A DNA stretch of 32,000 bases. It comes from Paracoccus suum. GTDB lineage: Bacteria > Pseudomonadota > Alphaproteobacteria > Rhodobacterales > Rhodobacteraceae. Shown here in pieces: positions 25,608 through 32,000 of the stretch (positions are counted from its first letter, which is position 1; each line of letters begins with the position of its first letter). The position numbers and the translations under genes are program-made. The stretch is from NCBI RefSeq assembly GCF_003324675.1, contig NZ_CP030918.1:2700001-2732000 (forward strand). The letters are read 5' to 3'. The notes beneath the pieces are model-generated. The model worked only from the letters and a program-made list of their open reading frames with translations. It made no database searches and was not told the origin of the DNA.

Positions 25608-27150
25608 GGCTGATGTCCTCGGGGGCTGAAGCGGCGGTCAGGGGACGCTCGGTCCCGCTCTGGGGAACGGCGAGGCGCACAACGGCCTCCTCGCTCAGCC
25701 CGGTGCGGGGAAGGATGCCGGCGACCTCACCCTCGCGCATGACGAGGACACGGTCGGCTACCCGAAGGATTTCGGGCAGTTCCGACGACACGACGATAAT
25801 CGACCGACCTTCCGCGGCGATGCGCTCGATCAGGGCATAGATCTCGGCCTTGGCGCCGATGTCGATGCCCCGGGTCGGTTCGTCGAACAGCAAAATGCGG
25901 GCGCCGGCAGCCACCCAACGGCCAATGATGGCCTTCTGCTGGTTGCCGCCCGAGAACTTTCCAATCGGCCGAGTGATGTCCAGCGGCCGCAGGTTCAGAT
26001 CTTGCATGAGCCGCAGACTTTCGGCGCTGAGCGCCGGGAAGTCGATCAGCCCCGCGCTGGTAAAGCGCCCCATGGACGACAGCGCGATGTCGCTGCGGAT
26101 CGAGCGGCCGGCGACAATCCCCTCGCGCTTGCGCTCCTCGGGCAGAAGGCCGAGGCCGGCAGCGATGGCGGTCCGGGGATTCCCGAGTGGAAGGGGCTTG
26201 CCGTCGATCGTGACCGTGCCGGCATCCGGATGGTCCACGCCGGCGATGAGGCGCAGCAACTCGGTCCGCCCCGCGCCGACCAGCCCCGAAATGCCGAGGA
26301 CCTCGCCACGGTGCAGGTCGAAGCTTACGTTGCGGACCGCGCCCCCTCGACTGAGGCCGGCCACCGACATCACCACCTCCGGCCTGGAAAAGCTGTGAAA
26401 CTCAGCCGCCACCAACTCGCGTCCGACCATGCGGGCCACGACGCCCGCCTCGTTCGTTTCGGCCATCCCTACGTCAGCAACCACCCGGCCATCGCGCAGG
26501 ATGGTCGCCTGGTCACAGACCCTGAACACCTCGTCCATCTTGTGTGATACGTAAATTACCGACACGCCGCGCCCGGCCAGATCGGCGATCAGAACCGCGA
26601 GGCGGTCGAACTCGGCCGGGGTCAGGCTCGAAGTCGGCTCGTCCATAGCGAGGATGCGGCAATCTTCCATCAACGCCCGGGCAATCTCGACGATCTGGCG
26701 CTGGGCAACCTTCAGTGTCCGGATCGGGGCCTTGGGGTCAATTGCGGCGTCGAGCGGCGCGAGCGCGCGGGCCGCGGCATCTTCCTGCCGCCTCCGGGTG
26801 ACCAGGGTGCCCGCGGCGGTAGTCAGCGGGCGGCCCAGAAACATGTTCTGGGCAACGCTTAGGTTTGGCACGTGCTGCAGTTCCTGGTGGATCATCGCGA
26901 TACCGGCGCGGCGCGCGGCCACGGGGCCGCGGCCGGTGATCGGCACGCCGTCCACCTCAATGGTGCCGGCGCCCGGCTCGATGACGCCAGACAGGATTTT
27001 CAGCAGCGTCGATTTGCCGGCGCCGTTTTCGCCCAGCAGCCCGTGAACGCTGCCGCGTCGGACAGTCATGTTCACGTCCGACAGAGCGTGGACTGGACCG
27101 AAACTCTTGCTGATGCCCGCCAGCCGTAGGCGTGGTCGTTCATCTGACAT
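25594..27150 (-). CDS. Sugar ABC transporter ATP-binding protein, duplicated ATPase (RbsA-like)
   Basis: Two cassettes: GENGAGKSTL ... and GLVGAGRTEL ... FSGGNQQK ... LLFDEPTRGID. I prefer ATG 27150 (MSDERPRLRL), preceded by GGGAGGAG. Confidence 0.9.
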   Translation of the reverse strand: MSDERPRLRLAGISKSFGPVHALSDVNMTVRRGSVHGLLGENGAGKSTLLKILSGVIEPGAGTIEVDGVPITGRGPVAARRAGIAMIHQELQHVPNLSVAQNMFLGRPLTTAAGTLVTRRRQEDAAARALAPLDAAIDPKAPIRTLKVAQRQIVEIARALMEDCRILAMDEPTSSLTPAEFDRLAVLIADLAGRGVSVIYVSHKMDEVFRVCDQATILRDGRVVADVGMAETNEAGVVARMVGRELVAAEFHSFSRPEVVMSVAGLSRGGAVRNVSFDLHRGEVLGISGLVGAGRTELLRLIAGVDHPDAGTVTIDGKPLPLGNPRTAIAAGLGLLPEERKREGIVAGRSIRSDIALSSMGRFTSAGLIDFPALSAESLRLMQDLNLRPLDITRPIGKFSGGNQQKAIIGRWVAAGARILLFDEPTRGIDIGAKAEIYALIERIAAEGRSIIVVSSELPEILRVADRVLVMREGEVAGILPRTGLSEEAVVRLAVPQSGTERPLTAASAPEDISHANR

Positions 27151-27232
27151 GTCCAGGCTCCTCCCGCGATGCCCGGTGACGGGGGCCAACGCCGCCAGCC
27201 TGACTGGCTCGGCGCGGCCTCACCCCATGGTT

Positions 27233-28288
27233 TCACTTGGCGGTCTGGACCGCCAAAACCGCGCGCAGATCGTCACCGGTGACGCTGTACTTTTCAACGG
27301 TGTCCGCCGTAATTAATGCCTGTGGGGTGACCACCACACGCGGAAGGCTCTGACCGCCCAAAAGGCGCAGCGCAACCTCGACCGCAACCTCGCCCGTCAG
27401 CACCGGGAACGAGTCGACGGTGCCCTTCAGCTCGCCTGCCTTGACCGAGGCATAGGCATCGGGGATACCATCAGTCCCGAATACCGCGACCTGTTCCTGC
27501 TTGCCAGCCGCCTTGACCGCCTCCACGATCCCCAACGCCATACCGTCGTTGTTGGCGTAGAACCCGATCAAGTCCGGGTGCTGCTGCAGGATGTTGGCGG
27601 CGCTGTCATAGGCAACCTGACGATCCCAGTTGCCGGGCACGCTGGCCACAACCTGAAACTTCGGATCCTTTGTAATGGTCTCGGTGAATCCCCGGGTCCG
27701 TTGACCGGCGGCATAGACCCCGGCCTGCCCCTCGATCACCGCCACCTTGCCCCCATCGGGACGGTTGGCGATGAACCATTCAGCCACCTTGACGCCGTTG
27801 TCGCGCTGGACGTTGCCGACGTAATTCCTAGCGCTCGGGATCACGGCGTCGTTGACGTTGACGACGGGGATGCTCTTCGCCATCGCGCTTTCCATGGCCG
27901 GCTGCAGGTTCGAGTCGGTCTGCGGCGATAGCAGCAGCGCGTTGAACCCTTGCGAGATCATCGTCTCGGTGATCGAGAGCTGCCCGAGCTGGTCGCCCTC
28001 GCTCTGCGCGGCTTGATAGACAACCTCAACCCCGGCTTTCTGGGCCGCATTGGCGTAACCTTCACCGACGCTGCGCCAGTACTGGTTGGTGAGGGTTTTC
28101 GACACACCGCCGAGGCGGGTGCCCGCGGGCGCCGCCGGCACGTCGCCAAATTTGGACTGGAGCTGGGTCCAGTCGATCCGGTCGGCCTCGGTGTCCGAGT
28201 TCAGGGGCGCCAGGTCTTGCGCTTGGGCCAGTCCAGCCGTCAGAATCAGCGCACAGGTCGCGGCAATCGCGCGATAGTTGAACGTCAT
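27233..28288 (-). CDS. Sugar ABC transporter periplasmic binding protein (RbsB-like)
   Basis: 351 aa. Signal peptide MTFNYRAIAATCALILTAGLAQA. RBS GGAGGAG. Confidence 0.85.
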   Translation of the reverse strand: MTFNYRAIAATCALILTAGLAQAQDLAPLNSDTEADRIDWTQLQSKFGDVPAAPAGTRLGGVSKTLTNQYWRSVGEGYANAAQKAGVEVVYQAAQSEGDQLGQLSITETMISQGFNALLLSPQTDSNLQPAMESAMAKSIPVVNVNDAVIPSARNYVGNVQRDNGVKVAEWFIANRPDGGKVAVIEGQAGVYAAGQRTRGFTETITKDPKFQVVASVPGNWDRQVAYDSAANILQQHPDLIGFYANNDGMALGIVEAVKAAGKQEQVAVFGTDGIPDAYASVKAGELKGTVDSFPVLTGEVAVEVALRLLGGQSLPRVVVTPQALITADTVEKYSVTGDDLRAVLAVQTAK

Positions 28289-28345
28289 GTCGATTGTCTC
28301 CTCCTCTTCCTGCCGGGGGCGTCGCGCCGGCGCGCGGTCGGTGCT

Positions 28346-29329
28346 TTAGCGCCCCATGAGGGCGTCGTTGACGATCTGCTGGGACCCTACAGCGTCCTGG
28401 GATGCGAGTGCCTCGGCCAGCCGGTTGTCGGCGTCGAGACGGTCGGCCACCGACATCAGGCGATTGACGGTCCGGATGTTGACCGCGCATTCGGCGACGG
28501 GATCAAGCCCGCTCGCATCGGGGAATGTGTCGAAATAGAGTGCGCCGTCATAACCATCACGACGGATCTGCCACAGCAACTCGAGCGTCGCGCGCACATG
28601 CACCGCACCGACCATCAACCCGTCGTCACGCTTGCCGAAGCCGTCGTTCAGATGAACGCCGAGCAGCCGGCTTCGCCTACTGATCTGGGCCGCTGCAAGG
28701 GCCGGCTGTTCCCCCGCATAGAGGGCATGCGCGAAATCGAGGGTAACCCCGAGGTTCTCAGACCCTGCGTCCTGGATCGCCAGCAGCGTCGTTGCGGCAT
28801 CGCGCAGCAGGGCATGGGCCCGCGGCTCGTCGGGTTTGTACTCAACACTGACGAGGCAATCCGGGTCGTGCGCCGCCACCTCGCGCAGGGCCTCGACCTC
28901 AGCGTCCCAGGCCTGCCGATAATCGAGCTGGAAGTTATAGTCGAAGCCGTCCTGACCCAGCCAGATGGTCATCAACGAGGAACCGATCTCCCGCGCGGCG
29001 TCAATCCCGCGCTTGGTCAGGTCGATCGCCTCACGCCGCACGGCCCGGTCAGGGTGGGTGAAGGCGCCGAGTTTGAATGCGGGATTGGTGTAGTATCGCA
29101 TGGCGAGGCCGTTGACGTTCAGGCCAACGTCCCGGACTTGCCGGCCGATCAGCGCCGGGTCGCCGGTGACATGGTCGGGATAGTTCAGGTCCACATCCGT
29201 TAGCCCCTCGACCGTCGCCGCCCGCTCGATGGTCTGAAGCGTTGTCGGCTTGCCAACGAGGTCGGACCAATAGAGCGCCGGCGCCGAGGCGAATGAGTTC
29301 AAGCGGGTTGCAAAGCGGGACAGGGCCAA
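28346..29329 (-). CDS. Xylose-isomerase-like TIM-barrel sugar (phosphate) isomerase/epimerase
   Basis: 327 aa. TTG start with GAGGAG 6 nt upstream. First gene of the sugar operon. Confidence 0.7.
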   Translation of the reverse strand: MALSRFATRLNSFASAPALYWSDLVGKPTTLQTIERAATVEGLTDVDLNYPDHVTGDPALIGRQVRDVGLNVNGLAMRYYTNPAFKLGAFTHPDRAVRREAIDLTKRGIDAAREIGSSLMTIWLGQDGFDYNFQLDYRQAWDAEVEALREVAAHDPDCLVSVEYKPDEPRAHALLRDAATTLLAIQDAGSENLGVTLDFAHALYAGEQPALAAAQISRRSRLLGVHLNDGFGKRDDGLMVGAVHVRATLELLWQIRRDGYDGALYFDTFPDASGLDPVAECAVNIRTVNRLMSVADRLDADNRLAEALASQDAVGSQQIVNDALMGR

Positions 29330-29346
29330 GGTCGTCTCCTCACATA

Positions 29347-29381
29347 CTTCACGTTTACACTTTATATCGTGAAGTCGTCAA
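29347..29381 (-). promoter_or_regulatory. Candidate promoter/operator of the sugar operon
   Basis: Inverted repeat CTTCACG-N14-CGTGAAG (29347..29374), 18-45 nt upstream of the TTG start. On the minus strand it encloses TATAAA, with TTGACG (29381..29376) upstream. An RpiR regulator is encoded in the operon. Confidence 0.35.
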
Positions 29382-30020
29382 CCATCGTCATTAGGGATGT
29401 TTCGGGACCGCGCTTGCCTGCCGCACGCGGGGGCGGCCTGTTTCAAAGGGAACCGGCTTACCGGTGAAGCGCACCGACCCTGCCCTCGTCGCAAGGTCAA
29501 CGCAGCCCTTCCGCTAATTTACGGTTCACGTCCAAGATATGCGAAAGGCGGAGGCGCTAAGGTCTGCTCCCCAGTGTCGCTGTCGAACAACGAGGATCGG
29601 CCGCACGACCTTGGGATCGGCAGCCATGACATGAATCAGTTCCGATGAAATAGTTTCGGACCGATCTTCAGGACCGAACTCGCCGGGGGTGCTTCACGGT
29701 TGCCAACCGGTACAGAGAGGCGCCGGTAGATGGCGAGGGTCGCTGTAGGTTAACGGCATCGCATTACCCTCTTCACGACCACCAGGAGGGCAAGGTGTAC
29801 CAGTCCACCGCGTCCAAAGCGCGGGGCGGAGCCAGGGTACGGTCCTCAGAAGACTGATGCGCCGCTACGCTTCAGCCGCAGGCGTGAAAGTTAGCAGTCG
29901 GACTCAGTTGTGAGAGTTCCGTCACCTTGCGGCCCGAAAGGCGAAAAACCTTTTGCGGCCTCAGGCACCCCAGAGGCCAACAGTCGCCGCTAAATACGCT
30001 TCCGGTTCCGAGGCAGGAGG

Positions 30021-30050
30021 GGCCCTCAACTCTCATGCAAAGCGAGGGCC
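30021..30050 (-). terminator. Stem-loop 20 nt downstream of the RidA stop (weak terminator candidate)
   Basis: GGCCCTC-N16-GAGGGCC. No U-tract follows. Confidence 0.25.
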
Positions 30051-30070
30051 GCCGAGAACTCCGACAGTAC

Positions 30071-30556
30071 TCAGGGACGAACCGCCGTCACCTCGATCTC
30101 GACCAGCCAGTTCGGGTTGACGAGCGCGTCTACGATCATGGCCGAGCGGGCCGGCAGGTTCGGTTGTGCCTCAGTCCCGAAAAACTGGGTGTAGCCCTCC
30201 ATGAAGCCCGCGAAATCGGCCGCCGCCCCTTCTGGCGCCACCAGGAAGACCTGCATCTTGACGACGTCGCCCATGGTCAGGTCCAAGTCCTTCAGCGCCG
30301 CGTCGATGTTGTTCAGAACGCTGACGGTCTGGGCCTTGGTGTCGCCCCAGGCGGCGGCGGTTTTGGAATCGGCATTCTGATCGGCAACCGAAGGAACCAC
30401 GCCGCTCAGATAGACCGTGGTTTTCCCCGCTGGCACTTCAACGGCGCGAGAAATGGGAAAATCGGATCCCGGCGTCTTGTGGCGAACAATGTCTTCCGCC
30501 TGGGCGATCAGCGGCACGGCTCCGAGCAAAAGGGCGAGTGCGAGTGCGTTCTTCAT
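30071..30556 (-). CDS. RidA/YjgF/L-PSP family protein with an N-terminal signal peptide
   Basis: 161 aa. Starts MKNALALALLLGAVPLIAQA, followed by a RidA-like core (TTVYLSGVV, PARSAM, LVEIEVTAV). Confidence 0.8.
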   Translation of the reverse strand: MKNALALALLLGAVPLIAQAEDIVRHKTPGSDFPISRAVEVPAGKTTVYLSGVVPSVADQNADSKTAAAWGDTKAQTVSVLNNIDAALKDLDLTMGDVVKMQVFLVAPEGAAADFAGFMEGYTQFFGTEAQPNLPARSAMIVDALVNPNWLVEIEVTAVRP

Positions 30557-30615
30557 GGTTCGATTTCCTCGTCATTTCCGGGGGTGGATCGGGCCCAAAG
30601 GCCCGATCCGAAGCG

Positions 30616-31011
30616 TCAGCGTACTGCCGCGACGTCTTCCGCAGTTGTATCGCCTTCGAAGCTGTTTCCCAGATCGTGGCGGACGTAGTTCACGACATCA
30701 GCGACCTGGGCGTCGTCCATGACGCCGCCCAGCGGCGGCATCGCCTTGTGACCATTCAAGACCCAGGCGATCACCGAATCTGCAGAGTCAACGAACTCGT
30801 TGCCAGCCAATGCGGGATAGGCGCCGGCACCCGTGGCGCCTTGGCCGCCGGGCATGTGACAGGCGGAACAGACAGCGTTGTAGATCTCCTTGCCGCCGGT
30901 CTGGGGGAGGGTCTGCGCGGTGCTAGTTTGGGCAAAATCCGCGGCGGACGCACCGATGGTCGAAGCGCCCAGAACTGCTGCGAAAACAGCCAGCGCAATA
31001 TTATGTTTCAT
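30616..31011 (-). CDS. Class I c-type cytochrome, exported
   Basis: 131 aa. Signal peptide, heme motif CSACH, and a distal Met candidate in HKAMPP. RBS GAGGGA. Confidence 0.85.
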   Translation of the reverse strand: MKHNIALAVFAAVLGASTIGASAADFAQTSTAQTLPQTGGKEIYNAVCSACHMPGGQGATGAGAYPALAGNEFVDSADSVIAWVLNGHKAMPPLGGVMDDAQVADVVNYVRHDLGNSFEGDTTAEDVAAVR

Positions 31012-31032
31012 GGCTTTTCCCTCGATCCTGGT

Positions 31033-32000
31033 TCAGGCGCCGGTGACATGCGCGTGCAGACGCTCGATGGCATTCAGCGCGGACAAGATCGCGCCTTCCT
31101 GCCAAGCCGGCAGGTGCGAGATATGCTCGCCCGCCATCAGCGTCCGCTGGTCCATCTTGCAGGCGTTGGCATAGTTGCCTTCCATGTCACGCCATTCACC
31201 GTAGCAGCCCAGAGTCCACGGGACGCGATGCCAAGCCACGGCGACGCCGTTCGAGAATTCGTCGCGGTACTGCGGATGGATCTGCGAGCCGAATTCCAGC
31301 GCCTTCTCGATCCGTTCTTCGGCTGGAACGGCGTTGAACTGATACGAAGCTGCGCCCCAGGAATAGGCCCCCAACAGGACGCCCGGACCATCGCTGAAAA
31401 AGTCGGTCGACGGATAGGAAAGCAGCGTGATCGGCGTGTTGGTGTAGCTGATGCCGCCGTAGATGTGGTCGTCCTGTTCCCAGAAGCGGCGCTTGAATTC
31501 GAGGCCGACCTTGATCGAGCTCGCATAATACACGTCATCGATCGCCGCACTCATCTCGGCACCGAAATTGTTTTCGATCTGGCCAAGAACCGAGAAGGGG
31601 ATCGTGCAGATGCAGTAATCTGCGGATGCGGTTTTTTCTTCAGTCCCGCCGTTCGCATCGACCCATGTGGCGGTGACGCCGCTGTCGCTGCCCTCGATCT
31701 TGGTGACCTTGGCGTTGTAGGTGATGAGGTCCTTGACCTCTTTCTCGAATGCCTGCGCGATCATGTCCATGCCGCCCACGGGCTGGAAGATCGCCGCCTG
31801 GTGGTCGATGGATTCACCGGTGATGAGGTCCTTCCACAGCCGACCCTTGAGGATATCGGCCAGCGAGATGATGTCCGAGGGCTCGCCTGCACTTTGCGTG
31901 CCACCGCCCGGATCGACCTTCCAGCCGCGATAACCCGAGGTCGCGGCGGATTTCACGTATTCCAGCTTGTCGTCCAGAACGCCGTATTTCTTGAGCGATT
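31033..32000 (-). CDS. Flavin-containing amine oxidase family protein (3' part; gene continues beyond the right edge)
   Basis: The frame stays open upstream of the track start (..SLKKYGVLDDKLEYVKSAATSGYRGW..). The C-terminal LMAGEHISHLPAWQEGAILSALNAIERL is the typical amine-oxidase FAD-binding tail. Confidence 0.8.
   Translation of the reverse strand, partial: SLKKYGVLDDKLEYVKSAATSGYRGWKVDPGGGTQSAGEPSDIISLADILKGRLWKDLITGESIDHQAAIFQPVGGMDMIAQAFEKEVKDLITYNAKVTKIEGSDSGVTATWVDANGGTEEKTASADYCICTIPFSVLGQIENNFGAEMSAAIDDVYYASSIKVGLEFKRRFWEQDDHIYGGISYTNTPITLLSYPSTDFFSDGPGVLLGAYSWGAASYQFNAVPAEERIEKALEFGSQIHPQYRDEFSNGVAVAWHRVPWTLGCYGEWRDMEGNYANACKMDQRTLMAGEHISHLPAWQEGAILSALNAIERLHAHVTGA

Noticed and set aside
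27950-29203. 417-aa plus-strand ORF. Similar long antisense ORFs occur at 21826..22818, 22922..23854, 24711..25484, 15541..16215, 342..1106 and 18492..19394.
   Set aside because: All are mirror frames of genes with clear family motifs on the other strand. Their composition is low-complexity and Arg/Pro/Gly-rich. I treat them as GC-driven artefacts.
1-32000. Search for CRISPR arrays, tRNA/rRNA/tmRNA genes and long tandem repeats
   Set aside because: I found no regularly spaced repeats, no T-loop (GGTTCGAATCC-like) motifs and no rRNA-like conserved segments on either strand.

Overview
High-GC bacterial DNA. Gene content and codon style suggest an alphaproteobacterial accessory or chromid-like region, but that is inference only. 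I support about 27 protein-coding genes, two decayed IS6-family elements and a few candidate regulatory inverted repeats. I found no rRNA, tRNA, CRISPR array or long tandem repeat.

Gene order, left to right:
- RraA-like gene (partial), 2-hydroxyacid dehydrogenase and a divergent LysR regulator.
- ArsR, SRPBCC and YdeI-like genes.
- A full-length but dead IS6 element and a truncated second copy.
- A minus-strand Pot-like ABC operon: GntR, GATase1, binding protein, M24-fold hydrolase, fused double permease, ATPase.
- A 1-kb ORF-free gap.
- A YdhS-like FAD/NAD(P)-binding protein.
- An ECF sigma factor coupled to a YfbK-type VWA membrane protein.
- A creatininase-family gene, an orphan family-5 binding protein and a second 2-hydroxyacid dehydrogenase.
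- A minus-strand ribose-type sugar operon: TIM-barrel isomerase, RbsB/A/C-like components, RpiR, ribokinase-like kinase.
- At the right edge, a flavin amine oxidase (partial), cytochrome c and exported RidA operon.

Most of the window is ordinary catabolic and transport content. The points most worth a second look:
- The amine oxidase / cytochrome c / periplasmic RidA module.
- The 1-kb gene-less, hairpin-rich gap with an AT-rich island.
- An apparently compensated double frameshift in the GntR regulator.
- An M24-fold hydrolase that seems to lack the canonical metal ligands.
- The ECF / VWA pair.

I could not identify a clearly novel multi-gene system. Functional calls rest on motif recognition by eye, not on database searches.
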